A program made the translations under genes and the position numbers. The notes beneath the pieces are model-generated. The model ran no database searches. It saw only the letters and a list, made by a program, of their open reading frames with translations, and was not told where the DNA came from. A stretch of DNA of 64,000 nt from Bacteroidota bacterium (GTDB taxonomy: Bacteria; Bacteroidota; Bacteroidia; Bacteroidales; WCHB1-69): NCBI GenBank assembly GCA_009786185.1, contig WQTS01000137.1:855-64854 (forward strand). The letters are read 5' to 3'. This document shows, piece by piece, positions 1-9,579 of the stretch (position 1 is the stretch's first letter; each line of letters starts with the position of its first letter).

Positions 1-338
1 TCATGTTCGCCCTCTACGCCATTAAAATATTTCATAAGGTTATCCTCACCGCCGCTATTACCACCGCTTTCGTAGAAATAAAAAGGTGGTTCAGGGTCAG
101 GGATCGTAATATATATGCGTTTATGTATCGGGTCAAGAAAATGATTTAACATATTTTCAAGGGAGAAAACTTGAGGGGTAACCTGTGCATGATAATTTAG
201 CTCTTTAAAATATGTGTCAATTTCTCTTTTACAATCTTGAAACGCTACTGAAACAGCTTTTAAAAAAGATTTTAACACCCCTTTCCTTAAAAAAGTAGGC
301 AATAAAAGTATCAATAAGCGATTAAAATCTACATTCAT
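1..338 (-). CDS. phage baseplate/tail-module protein, N-terminal part (the gene continues beyond the window edge)
   Basis: My own minus-strand translation: ATG at 338, 3 nt after the stop of the upstream gene, reading MNVDFNRLLILLLPTFLRKGVLKSF... I checked every in-frame triplet down to position 3 and found no stop. It is absent from the ORF track because it has no stop in the window. Confidence 0.4.
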   Translation of the reverse strand, partial: MNVDFNRLLILLLPTFLRKGVLKSFLKAVSVAFQDCKREIDTYFKELNYHAQVTPQVFSLENMLNHFLDPIHKRIYITIPDPEPPFYFYESGGNSGGEDNLMKYFNGVEGEH

Positions 339-341
339 AAT

Positions 342-1181
342 TTATATCACGTATCCAATTACACTTTGAGTTTCATTGAAAGCCATATAGCCGGAGCGCG
401 AAATATAGGTTGAAATGATAACTTGTTCACCCAACGATGGTGGCATTGCCCACGAACCTGTTAATTGCGCAACGCAAACACCTTTTACCTCCTGCAACGC
501 ATCCGTAAGCGCCATGTTGCTAAATTCAGAATCAAATGGGAACGATCTAAAATAGCTGTTAATCGCGTCAATAACAGGCGTGTCATTTGTCCCATCTATT
601 CGTCTGCCTTTAGAGTCAAGTACAAGCGGGTCATAGTTTATTAATAGATTGCACCTGTATATATCCGGATTACTTGAGAAAATCCGAACATGCACCCCGG
701 CGTCAAATACACGCCCGGCATATTCATAAATTGAGTTTATGTCATTTTCATTAATTATTTGCGGCACACCACTTGCATCATTCGCTATCCGGAACTCTAA
801 CACACCATTTACCACCCTTAACGAGCAATGTTTTATTATTTTCGCTTCTACACCAATTGCATCATAGCCACCTTCTTTATTGAGGGCATGCCCCAACTGA
901 AATGCTTTGAGTTTCGCAACATACCATGACTTTGTGTGCGGACGCAAACTTTCTACGCGCAAGGTGAGGTTGTTTTTTTCGGTATCGAAAATTCGCTCAA
1001 GTATATGGATGGCAAATGCTACAATGTAAAAAAGTATGTTTTCTATGCTTACTTTTGAAAACACGCTATCAAAGCCGTCATTGGGCGTGGACGGGTCTAT
1101 TTTGTAGATTGCTCTAATGCTTGCTTCTGACAGGAACTCCGCCGTCATTTGCTGTTTTATAGTTTGTATTGTCCTTGCCAT
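342..1181 (-). CDS. baseplate wedge protein (J-like)
   Basis: 279 aa, located in the baseplate block downstream of the hub and spike genes. Its start overlaps the stop of the upstream gene (TAATG). The family assignment is by position and general resemblance only. Confidence 0.4.
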   Translation of the reverse strand: MARTIQTIKQQMTAEFLSEASIRAIYKIDPSTPNDGFDSVFSKVSIENILFYIVAFAIHILERIFDTEKNNLTLRVESLRPHTKSWYVAKLKAFQLGHALNKEGGYDAIGVEAKIIKHCSLRVVNGVLEFRIANDASGVPQIINENDINSIYEYAGRVFDAGVHVRIFSSNPDIYRCNLLINYDPLVLDSKGRRIDGTNDTPVIDAINSYFRSFPFDSEFSNMALTDALQEVKGVCVAQLTGSWAMPPSLGEQVIISTYISRSGYMAFNETQSVIGYVI

Positions 1182-1456
1182 TATTCAAATGTGTAATCAA
1201 ATGTGTAATCAAAAATTCTATGTTTTTTCGTTTTTTCCTGATAGTCTGTAGCAGGGGAAATCGAATTAATTGCGTAATATTCCACAATTCTTTTATTCTT
1301 TTCAACTTCCGGAACCACGAGCAAATCACCCTCTACGTTGTCCGTAATACTAACACCACTTGCCAGCGCAATATCATACGCCGCCTCGGCAATTCCGCAC
1401 GTTTTTAGCGCAATGTCGAAAATAGATTGTCCAAAAAGTGGCGTTATGGTTGTCAT
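1181..1456 (-). CDS. small tail/baseplate protein, LysM-like (gpX-like)
   Basis: 91 aa. The segment QSIFDIALKTCGIAEAAYDIALASGVSITDNVEGDLLVVP resembles a LysM fold pattern. The C-terminus FDYTFDYTFE is encoded by a tandem 12-mer at 1185-1208. Confidence 0.35.
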   Translation of the reverse strand: MTTITPLFGQSIFDIALKTCGIAEAAYDIALASGVSITDNVEGDLLVVPEVEKNKRIVEYYAINSISPATDYQEKTKKHRIFDYTFDYTFE

Positions 1457-1797
1457 GGGATGCGAAGGGATGGATTGAATTGTATAAAACTCGAACTGTC
1501 AATTTTAAGCTCATAAGTTCTTGTGGTTGGCACATTAATAGTTCCACTGTTACCCTTTCCGTTAACGGTCATTTTTGATTGATCCCGTACATTTAGCGCA
1601 ACATCAAATCGGAATGTCTCTTTTTGCAAAAGTTCTTTTATTGTACCTCTTTGCTCAAGAATTACTTCGCTCTGCTCTTTTGTTTGATTTTTAAGGCTTT
1701 TTATGTTCCTCTGCTGTAATACAATTGTTGTAACCATAACGGATAATACAACCGCTAATACTGCATACTTTATGAATTTAAACAATAATTTTTTCAT
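1453..1797 (-). CDS. membrane-anchored phage protein (N-terminal TM or signal anchor)
   Basis: 114 aa. MKKLLFKFIKYAVLAVVLSVMVTTIVL is a hydrophobic N-terminus followed by a charged helical segment. The gene overlaps its neighbour by 4 nt. Confidence 0.35.
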   Translation of the reverse strand: MKKLLFKFIKYAVLAVVLSVMVTTIVLQQRNIKSLKNQTKEQSEVILEQRGTIKELLQKETFRFDVALNVRDQSKMTVNGKGNSGTINVPTTRTYELKIDSSSFIQFNPSLRIP

Positions 1798-1800
1798 ATA

Positions 1801-2166
1801 CTAATATTTAATGTTATGTGTAATAAGAAGGCTCTCATATTTTTCAATTTTCTTTTTAAGTATAATATTTTCCTTTTTTTCACGTCTTAAACCTTCTACC
1901 TCTTTAGAAAGTTTGTGCACTTCGCTTGTCAGCTCTTTAATTTGCTGCGACTGTTTTTCAATAAGCCCAGTATTACGGTCTTTCTCTTCAGCATGAATGC
2001 CAAGCTCGCTTCTTAGCTGTGCAATGATTTTGTTAAATGTGTCAGTAGCTGCATCTATATTGTCAATCCTTTGTCGTTTTCTGCTAAAAAACCAACCGCC
2101 AAGGCCACCGGCTGCAGTCGCGATAACCGGTGCAATAATCCACATCATAATTGCTTCAAAGCCCAT
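1801..2166 (-). CDS. TM plus coiled-coil protein (holin- or spanin-like candidate)
   Basis: 121 aa. It has an N-terminal TM helix (IIAPVIATAAGGLGGWFF) followed by a Glu/Lys-rich coiled coil, and lies directly downstream of the NlpC/P60 gene. Confidence 0.35.
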   Translation of the reverse strand: MGFEAIMMWIIAPVIATAAGGLGGWFFSRKRQRIDNIDAATDTFNKIIAQLRSELGIHAEEKDRNTGLIEKQSQQIKELTSEVHKLSKEVEGLRREKKENIILKKKIEKYESLLITHNIKY

Positions 2167-2190
2167 AGTATTTTTGTTTTATGTATTTTA

Positions 2191-2577
2191 TTATAATTGC
2201 CTATAAACAGTAGGATAACCTTTGGCATTTAACCAATAAAGTTTCAAATCATTAGTAAAATCTGTTGGCTTTCCGGCGGTACGGGCGTGGAAAAGTTGTA
2301 CGCCTCCGGCAAAAAATGCAACATGTCCTTTCCACAGTAGCAAGTCCCCCTTTTTAAGTAGCTTAATAAAATTGTCATGCGATTGCAAATGCACAGCATT
2401 TGGTTTAATTTCCTGCCAGTTTCCTGGAGGTTTGCCCGCACTCGTTGACCAAACGCGGTTTTTTTGACCTGTAGCAGCGTTCACAAGACCGGAACAGTCC
2501 ATGCCGTTAATATCCATGCCGCCACTTTTATATGGCGCTCCTTTAAATCTTAATGCGTTTTCGTAATATGTGCTCAT
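2191..2577 (-). CDS. NlpC/P60-family cell-wall peptidase (endolysin or virion-associated lysin)
   Basis: The catalytic Cys motif is present in YKSGGMDINGMDCSGLV and the His region in GDLLLWKGHVAFFAGGVQLFHA. This is the typical NlpC/P60 signature. Confidence 0.8.
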   Translation of the reverse strand: MSTYYENALRFKGAPYKSGGMDINGMDCSGLVNAATGQKNRVWSTSAGKPPGNWQEIKPNAVHLQSHDNFIKLLKKGDLLLWKGHVAFFAGGVQLFHARTAGKPTDFTNDLKLYWLNAKGYPTVYRQL

Positions 2578-2589
2578 GATTACTTGTTT

Positions 2590-2889
2590 TTAGTTATACT
2601 TTGCGTCTATTTCTAATTCGCCCGTTTGTAAATCCAAATCTGTTTTATTCACTTTCAAATCATCTTTTTTAAATTCCTCCCTAATCCGTTTTTTCCACTC
2701 TAAAACATCATCATCGCCCAACATATCACTGACCCCAACCCCAAGCGTAGGATATTCCTTAAACTCGTTTTTTTGAGCTACCAAAATCATATATTGATTT
2801 TGCAGGGAACTATCACCCACAACCATACTGCCGTTGCGTATCATAACATCGCCATCTTGACCCAATAATATGCCTATGCCTTTGCTCAT
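2590..2889 (-). CDS. small baseplate-module protein (possibly gp25/W-like)
   Basis: 99 aa, positioned between the spike and lysin genes. EYPTLGVGVSDMLGDDD weakly resembles the gpW/gp25 family. Confidence 0.3.
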   Translation of the reverse strand: MSKGIGILLGQDGDVMIRNGSMVVGDSSLQNQYMILVAQKNEFKEYPTLGVGVSDMLGDDDVLEWKKRIREEFKKDDLKVNKTDLDLQTGELEIDAKYN

Positions 2890-3038
2890 TATAAAATTTC
2901 TAATTCTTTTAATTTTAAAACAATGTATTTATCAGCTGCATCTGTTATTACCTTCGCCACCTGATCAGTGATATTATCACCTTTCAGTTTTTTAAAACCG
3001 TCTTCCAAATCCTTGTTTAATTGTTGTTTTGCTGTCAT
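2889..3038 (-). CDS. 49-aa hypothetical phage protein (not in the ORF track)
   Basis: My own translation: MTAKQQLNKDLEDGFKKLKGDNITDQVAKVITDAADKYIVLKLKELEIL. It exactly fills the gap between two genes, and its stop overlaps the next ATG by 1 nt. Confidence 0.3.
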   Translation of the reverse strand: MTAKQQLNKDLEDGFKKLKGDNITDQVAKVITDAADKYIVLKLKELEIL

Positions 3039-3041
3039 ATA

Positions 3042-3641
3042 TTAGTGCGTTATTTTGTCATTCCATAAGTCTTTTTTTTGGGTTGTGGGCTGTATTTGCA
3101 TGCCTGCCCACGTCGAAATAGCTCCTTTTAAAGCTCCGCCTCCATCCATTGGAGCCGGAACCCAAGCGGTGAGTATTTGTTTTAGCTGGTTTATTTCATT
3201 TTCAAGATTGCTAATTTTGGAGGCAGTTTTTTCAGCAACAACCAACCCATCATTTTTACCTCCATTAAATTCAATTACCTTATCGCACTCAACTTTAACA
3301 TCGCCTTTTATTTTCAATGTAATATCTTCATCAATAACTCCGGTAATACTTGCAATTTCCGAATACGCCACTACGTTCATCCACGCCATGTCGCCGCCTG
3401 TTTTGTCGCAAATCAATACAACGCTACCCTTTTTAGGTTTAATGATAAAATTGTTTTCGTTTCCGTCCGAAACCGCCGCCAAATGAATGCCGGTATATGT
3501 AGTTCCTGCAATATCCACATCGCACGTTTCATCGCCCACTTCCACAACTTCTGCCGAGATAAACAGATTACGGTTGTCCGCCTTTCCGTTGTCGTTGGAC
3601 ATTTCTTTCAATAGCCTTTTTATTTCGCGTGCCTTGTTCAC
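3042..3641 (-). CDS. baseplate central spike / assembly protein (gpV or Mu gp45-like)
   Basis: 199 aa, immediately downstream of the hub gene with a 4-nt overlap. The call rests on position and size. Confidence 0.4.
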   Translation of the reverse strand: MNKAREIKRLLKEMSNDNGKADNRNLFISAEVVEVGDETCDVDIAGTTYTGIHLAAVSDGNENNFIIKPKKGSVVLICDKTGGDMAWMNVVAYSEIASITGVIDEDITLKIKGDVKVECDKVIEFNGGKNDGLVVAEKTASKISNLENEINQLKQILTAWVPAPMDGGGALKGAISTWAGMQIQPTTQKKDLWNDKITH

Positions 3642-4609
3642 TTTGACAATATTTTACCTAATGTTATCACTCTTACTCCACCCTCTTTACTAAATGTGGT
3701 TTCAACTTCGAGAACATAATACGTTCCGTCCTTATATTCATAATCGGGGTCAATAATGGTTGCCTGGTATCCGGAACTACAAACCGGTATCAACCAAGCC
3801 TGAAAACTCCCCTCGTATCCGTCATAGCTTTTCGATTCATATTCCTGCTGTGCCAATAGTTTAATGCTTTTTTGGTCGCTTGTACTTGTTTTTCGTGTTA
3901 CGCTTTCCCCACCCATGTCGCCAAACTCGTACTTTTTCGTTTTTCCATCAGGGCCGGTATATTCAATAGTAACCTTTATCCTCCTGTTCTCTTTTTTCTT
4001 GTATTTCAAGTCTGTGCCTTCTGCATCAATATTTTTGGAAAAATCATATTTTACCTCTCCGAATATTTCGGAATATTGCGGGTGAATGTGCAATACATTA
4101 TCCTTTAAATAAATATTTGGCATTGCCTCCTCCTGAATCTTCTTTAGAACATCATAGCCGTTTACATTTTTAATTACAAATTTGTCATAAGAAAAGTCAT
4201 AATCGCAATCCAATGAAAACTGTTTGTTGTGTTTTTTACCGACCTCCGTATTTACATAGTTGAGAATGTCCTTTACTTTAACATTCGTAAACTCCTTATT
4301 AGGAATGTCAACACGATATAAAAAAATCCCATCTTCGCAGTTCAACACTAAAGAACCGCCATCCGTACTGATGCTTTCCACATAGCCTTCAAATTCGGTT
4401 TCAAGGTTATCATCGTAGCCAAGTTCAATTTTTATTTCATCACTCCGCTTTATCTTTTCATCAATGTTTAAAGCCTTGTTAAATACCGTTGCAGGAAGTG
4501 TAATGGTAGCCGTATCTGCCAATAATTCTACAGAGCGCTTTACTTTTACACTCTCAATCATTTTCAGATTGTAATTGCCAATACTAATTTTCCAGTTCAT
4601 TTTAAACAT
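3638..4609 (-). CDS. baseplate hub protein (late control D / Mu gp44-like)
   Basis: 323 aa, second gene after the tape measure. The N-terminus (WKISIGNYNLKMIESVKVKRSVELLADTATITLPA) follows the gpD-like pattern. Confidence 0.5.
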   Translation of the reverse strand: MFKMNWKISIGNYNLKMIESVKVKRSVELLADTATITLPATVFNKALNIDEKIKRSDEIKIELGYDDNLETEFEGYVESISTDGGSLVLNCEDGIFLYRVDIPNKEFTNVKVKDILNYVNTEVGKKHNKQFSLDCDYDFSYDKFVIKNVNGYDVLKKIQEEAMPNIYLKDNVLHIHPQYSEIFGEVKYDFSKNIDAEGTDLKYKKKENRRIKVTIEYTGPDGKTKKYEFGDMGGESVTRKTSTSDQKSIKLLAQQEYESKSYDGYEGSFQAWLIPVCSSGYQATIIDPDYEYKDGTYYVLEVETTFSKEGGVRVITLGKILSK

Positions 4610-5226
4610 TATTTTTCCTCCAAAAGCTGATAGTTATCGTCCGAGTACGCTTTAATGGTGAATGCCTGATTTTCTATTCCCTTGGTAAAGGGAAAATCAT
4701 AGCTTTCAATGGCTATTCTTGTGGTCTCAAAAACATCCATGAGTATGCCACACTTTATTGTTACCGATTCTTTGCACTCACATATTTCTCTTATCGTTTT
4801 GATATATTCATTCATTTTTTCTTCATCTTCCGCTTGCAGGAGCCCGGCAATAGTAATTTCAAAATCATCCTGACTCCATGTTTCCTTAATAGAGCCGCGC
4901 ATTTTGCTTTTTGCCACGTAACGTCTGCGAATAATGTTTTTCCCGCTAACTGAAATAAGTGGATCCAGCGGAAGCTGAAATTCTGTTTTTTCCTTTTCGC
5001 CTTCCCTTACATAGGTAAAAGTACATGGTACTAAAAACAGTGTACTCTCAAAGTTTTTACCATACTTCGCGTCAAATTTGTCTTTGTCGTAATCCGATGA
5101 ATTTAGCTGTGGATCCAGCACAACCGATTTTCCAAAAAGAAAAGGCGGGGGTATATTGTACCCAAAAGCGTTAGTGATTTTTAACGCCAAATTAGTCTTT
5201 TCATTTATAGCCCGTATCGGATCCAT
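4609..5226 (-). CDS. tail protein between tape measure and hub
   Basis: 205 aa, translationally coupled to the hub gene. I do not recognise a motif. Confidence 0.3.
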   Translation of the reverse strand: MDPIRAINEKTNLALKITNAFGYNIPPPFLFGKSVVLDPQLNSSDYDKDKFDAKYGKNFESTLFLVPCTFTYVREGEKEKTEFQLPLDPLISVSGKNIIRRRYVAKSKMRGSIKETWSQDDFEITIAGLLQAEDEEKMNEYIKTIREICECKESVTIKCGILMDVFETTRIAIESYDFPFTKGIENQAFTIKAYSDDNYQLLEEK

Positions 5227-5258
5227 TGTTATTCGTAGTTATTTGTTTGTAATTGCTT

Positions 5259-7385
5259 CTACCCTGCGTTTTGTGCTGAATAAAGTACGCGCAGTAAAAT
5301 TTCTTCCATTTTGCGCTCAATATCCTTCGCATTTTCAGTAAGGCCACCGTTAAACACCATATTGTCGAAAAACTTACCCATATTAATGTTGATTTGAGTG
5401 TTGCGGGTTCCGCCGGTGGCGGTGGCTTCGGCGCCTTTGGTTACTGAACTGGGAACTTTGTCACCACTGCCTTTCAAGTCAGATACGCCCGGTATAGCAG
5501 GATCTAATATTCCGTCTCCTTTTTTCTTCGCTTGCGATCTTCTCCAACTTTTACTTCCTTTTTCCGCTCCTTCTTCATAGGCATCCTTTGTCTTTCCCCT
5601 GATTCTATTCCACAACTTGCCAATGGGTTTTGTAATAGTGCCTATTTTATCCGAAACCCATGAGAATAATTTTTTTACGGCTGCAAAAATCTTGTCAAAA
5701 ATATCCAAGAGAGGCTGAAACGCATCTTTAATACGCTTTCCAACGTTTGCAAAAGCAGACCAAAGCCATGAGAAAAAACCTGAAATATAATCCCAAATAC
5801 CGGTGAAAAAGCCGCCAACAGAACTAAATATACCGGAAAAGAAACCTCCAATATTTTGCCCTATGCTTTTCACCCAATCCCAAAGTGAAGAAAGCTGCGT
5901 GCCAATCCAGCTGAACAAACCCTTTATTGGCTGCCAAATTAAAGACACCAACCCTCCTATTCCTGCAAAGAATGTTTTTATTACTTCCCAAACTCCAAAA
6001 AGTACCCTTCTAAAACCTTCGCTTTTGTCCCACAAAAGTTTAAAAATACCAACTACCAATGAAATACCCGCCGCAATCCATCCAATAATCGGAATTGCAT
6101 ATATGGCAGCCGACACAGCTCTTATAGCTATTTTTAGCGCACCCATTGCTCCAACAAGCAGCCAAGTGAGTGTTCCATAAACGCCCATTGCGGCTACCGC
6201 GCTCCAAACAGATGTGATTTTTGCCCAAATAGCAGCGGTGTTTTTAACGATAATGCTTTTTAATATGCCAATATCACGTTTCAGTAAATTCACTTGCCAC
6301 CAAAGTTTATACTTCGCTGCTCTTAGCAGGTTTGACTTTATAATCCACGCACCAATGACTGTAGTAACTGAAATAATTATTGGGTAAAGATTTTTAATTT
6401 TTTCCCATAACCAAACAAAGAACTCGCCTGTCTTTTGAATAGCCTGTGCAATTGTATTGAAAGAAAAAACTATAAAATTTTTAATCATTGAAATAGAACT
6501 CCAAATACCATTTATTGCCACCGAAATACCCCTTGCAATTTTTGTAACGACACCGGATATTCTCTCCTGGTTTCTTTCAAACCAGTCGCCAACTTTGTTT
6601 ATTTTCCCTAAAATTGTTTCATAGACAGGATACAGGGCATTTTTCGTAATTGTGATAAACTTTCCAATACGCCCTTTGGCATCTCCCATTTCATTGGCAA
6701 CCTTCGCCATTTTTCCCTCCGGAGTGTCTGCCAATGCCTTGTTGACTCCACCAACTGATTCGGCAATGATTTTAGAAAGAACGGCAACCCTCTGCTCTTC
6801 TTTCCCAAATTTTAAAATGCGTTCCTCTGCCTTTGAAAACTTGTAACCGTATCTACTCAGTGCACCCACCTGTCCATCCAGTACTTTTCCCATCATGGAA
6901 GCGATGTTGGTGGCTTGCTCCTGGGATGCGTTAATACCATATTGCTGTGCCAGCATATCGTTCATTGCCGGCAAAAGTTTCTTTATGCTTTCGGTTTTGC
7001 TTACATAGGTGGCTAATTCCTGTGCGCCGGAAATTTGTACGCCGCTGCTTATTACACCTAATTTTTGCTGCTCGGCAGCCAACTCCTTGACACTTTTTAT
7101 TTGTTCATCGGTAGCTCCGATCGTATTGCGCATTACTTGCCGCAGTTTTGTTTCCGCAACATTTTGCGCTTGGTATGCCTGCTCAAGTTCGGAAAAGTTT
7201 TTTTTAACGCCTCCTATCATTCTTTTAACAGCAACAATAGAAAGTGAAGCAACGGCAGCCTTTTTGACAAATGAGTAAAATTTGCTCATTCTTGTATTAA
7301 CAGAGTCAAGCCCACTTGATATTTTTTTCAAGTGAGCTTCACCATTACCGTCAAATTTAAGTTCAAATAATACAGGGTTACTCAT
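5259..7385 (-). CDS. tail tape measure protein
   Basis: 708 aa. It has a helical N-terminal region and a long Gly/Ile/Trp-rich hydrophobic central region, and follows the chaperone gene pair. Confidence 0.8.
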   Translation of the reverse strand: MSNPVLFELKFDGNGEAHLKKISSGLDSVNTRMSKFYSFVKKAAVASLSIVAVKRMIGGVKKNFSELEQAYQAQNVAETKLRQVMRNTIGATDEQIKSVKELAAEQQKLGVISSGVQISGAQELATYVSKTESIKKLLPAMNDMLAQQYGINASQEQATNIASMMGKVLDGQVGALSRYGYKFSKAEERILKFGKEEQRVAVLSKIIAESVGGVNKALADTPEGKMAKVANEMGDAKGRIGKFITITKNALYPVYETILGKINKVGDWFERNQERISGVVTKIARGISVAINGIWSSISMIKNFIVFSFNTIAQAIQKTGEFFVWLWEKIKNLYPIIISVTTVIGAWIIKSNLLRAAKYKLWWQVNLLKRDIGILKSIIVKNTAAIWAKITSVWSAVAAMGVYGTLTWLLVGAMGALKIAIRAVSAAIYAIPIIGWIAAGISLVVGIFKLLWDKSEGFRRVLFGVWEVIKTFFAGIGGLVSLIWQPIKGLFSWIGTQLSSLWDWVKSIGQNIGGFFSGIFSSVGGFFTGIWDYISGFFSWLWSAFANVGKRIKDAFQPLLDIFDKIFAAVKKLFSWVSDKIGTITKPIGKLWNRIRGKTKDAYEEGAEKGSKSWRRSQAKKKGDGILDPAIPGVSDLKGSGDKVPSSVTKGAEATATGGTRNTQININMGKFFDNMVFNGGLTENAKDIERKMEEILLRVLYSAQNAG

Positions 7386-7402
7386 TGCTTAGGGTTTGGT
7401 AG

Positions 7403-7875
7403 TTAGTTTTGGCTATTTTCCATTTTTCGTATTGTAGCTAATTGTGCAAATTTTTCCGCCCATTGCGCGTCTGTTAGTTTGTCCGGATCAATGCCGAGGT
7501 AGTATTCAAGCATTGTATTTATAAATCCAATCCAGTTATGCTTAATACTACCGTCAGCATTTTCTACAACTCCCCCAGTTCAGCCTCCTTTATCGCAATT
7601 AATTTTTCAATCAAACCTGAGGCTCCAATCATAAAACCAACATCGGTTGTAAACACACTGCTTCCGCCGAGAAAACAGCTTTTCAGCATAGCCTCGTCGG
7701 CTTTCAAGGGATTGCTGTCTTTCATCGAAAGGGAATAATCCAGTTCTTTTCGGTCGGGCTTTCTAAAATACGCTATATGCCCCTCAGCTTTTGTAAAAAA
7801 GACTTTTTCGTGTTTTTCTTTCCACGCTTTTATTTGTTCATCGGTCGCCTGACCCGTTAATTTTTCTTGTTCCAT
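7403..7875 (-). CDS. predicted -1 frameshift product of the chaperone (gpGT-like)
   Basis: The -1 frame is open from the G5 run (C-run at 7572-7576 on the + strand) to a TAA at 7403-7405. It encodes GGVVENADGSIKHNWIGFINTMLEYYLGIDPDKLTDAQWAEKFAQLATIRKMENSQN and fills the otherwise empty gap before the tape measure gene. Confidence 0.4.
7564..7875 (-). CDS. tail assembly chaperone (gpG-like, zero-frame product)
   Basis: 103 aa, lying between the tube and tape measure genes, which is the canonical position. Confidence 0.55.
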   Translation of the reverse strand: MEQEKLTGQATDEQIKAWKEKHEKVFFTKAEGHIAYFRKPDRKELDYSLSMKDSNPLKADEAMLKSCFLGGSSVFTTDVGFMIGASGLIEKLIAIKEAELGEL

Positions 7876-7899
7876 TGTTTTGTTTTTTAAATGTTAAAC

Positions 7900-8304
7900 T
7901 TATTTAAGGCGAAGGAAAATAAAAGGAAGGGTAATTTCCATGTTTTTATCGCCCTGTTTCATTTCTTTGGGTGATTCGGTGAATTGAATGCCTTGTAAAA
8001 AGTCTGTAATCATTACATCACCTTCTGAAGGATTGCCATAGCACACTACAGCATCTAACTGCAGATTGAGAATACTGCGGTTTTTTGCGACCGCTCTCAG
8101 TGTTTCCAACTCGGATTGCAAAAGTGTTATTTCGCCTTCATAGCCCTTGTTACCTTTTTGAATACTCAACGGCTCATTGCCTTTGCCATACAGAAGTTCC
8201 TTTTCCTGCTTTTCGGCGTACTTTACACCTGTAAAAGCGGTCAAATTTCTGCCACCTAAAACAAAGCTTAAATCATTCCATTCGTATTGTCTTGAATCAA
8301 ACAT
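7900..8304 (-). CDS. tail tube protein
   Basis: 134 aa, directly downstream of the sheath gene. The call rests on size and position. Confidence 0.55.
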   Translation of the reverse strand: MFDSRQYEWNDLSFVLGGRNLTAFTGVKYAEKQEKELLYGKGNEPLSIQKGNKGYEGEITLLQSELETLRAVAKNRSILNLQLDAVVCYGNPSEGDVMITDFLQGIQFTESPKEMKQGDKNMEITLPFIFLRLK

Positions 8305-8339
8305 AACTGTTAATTTTTTAATTCTTAATTTTTAATTCT

Positions 8340-9575
8340 TTACGCCTGACCTACTTTGAACCCCAAATAGCAATCAATGTATTTCGGGTAAGCGTAGGGT
8401 TTCACGCGCAAACGCACATCTAATTGGGAAGTAGCTACCACGTTTTGGTTGGTATCAATATAACACTCAACACCGGTATCGTTGGGGTCGCTGGGGTCAT
8501 TGCCAAGGTTACGATAAGCGGTCATATTGTTCATAATGGCACGCTCTACGCTGTTTTGAATACTTTTTGCTATCGGTGCGGGGATACGTCCCTTGTCATC
8601 AACCGGAAGTTCTTCATTCAACTCCTCAAGTAGGGTAATGTAGCCAATTCTATACGCTTTGTCAACTATTCTGCGCCTCGGAATCAATGCGTAGTCGTCG
8701 GTTACCTTTGTCGCCAGTTTGTCATCGGAAAAGAAGTAACCGGCTTTACCAACAAAAGTGCGGAAGGTGATAAACCCTTTGTCATGGATAACTTCCACGT
8801 CGGCATCTTCTACCATTTTATCCTGTATGTAAAGTTTGCTCACAGGCAACGCACCGCTTCTTACACGGGCAATGGAACGCTGTACCGGAATGCTTGCCAG
8901 TGTACCGGAAAGCGTTCCCAGTGTGGCGCCATTGCTGCCACAAACAGTATCGCCAATAAGAATACCTACACGGTTAAGGTCGCCCTGGTGGAGTCCTTTC
9001 AGGTCGGCAGGAACACCGTTAAAATGTCTGCCCTCTAAAAATACAATGCTGGGTGCAAAACAAACGTCGGCTGTGTGAACGCCCAACTTTTGGGCTTCAG
9101 TAGCCGCCAAATAAACATCTTCATCCAAACCATCTAAAATAGTAGGGGTGTATGTGGCAGCATCTTTTTTAAAGCAGAACAAAAAGCGGACGGCGCCATT
9201 GGAATACTCTACCAGTTTCTTGCCGTAGCTTTTGGTTTTATCCACCATATCGGACATTTTTACCGTATCGGCAACGCACATAAAGTATAACTTGCTGCCT
9301 TGCGGCGCAATATCATAGTGCTCTTTTACGGCTTTATACATATTGGCATTTGGATCAGGAGTAAACACTTCCTCGCCGTTAATAATTTCGGTAGTTCCTG
9401 CAGTAACCCCAAAATCTGCCAATGCGTCAAATTTGGTCATCAAATAGGGTTTGTTCAGTTCTAACTTTCCTGGAACTGCAACCCCCGTGTAAATATGCCC
9501 GCACACGCCGTCATCCATTGGCGACGAGGAGCCGAGCAATCCGTTTTCAAAAATTATTTTTACTCTTGATAACAT
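8340..9575 (-). CDS. contractile tail sheath protein
   Basis: 411 aa, the first gene of the sheath-tube-chaperone-tape measure series. Confidence 0.6.
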   Translation of the reverse strand: MLSRVKIIFENGLLGSSSPMDDGVCGHIYTGVAVPGKLELNKPYLMTKFDALADFGVTAGTTEIINGEEVFTPDPNANMYKAVKEHYDIAPQGSKLYFMCVADTVKMSDMVDKTKSYGKKLVEYSNGAVRFLFCFKKDAATYTPTILDGLDEDVYLAATEAQKLGVHTADVCFAPSIVFLEGRHFNGVPADLKGLHQGDLNRVGILIGDTVCGSNGATLGTLSGTLASIPVQRSIARVRSGALPVSKLYIQDKMVEDADVEVIHDKGFITFRTFVGKAGYFFSDDKLATKVTDDYALIPRRRIVDKAYRIGYITLLEELNEELPVDDKGRIPAPIAKSIQNSVERAIMNNMTAYRNLGNDPSDPNDTGVECYIDTNQNVVATSQLDVRLRVKPYAYPKYIDCYLGFKVGQA

Positions 9576-9579
9576 CGTA

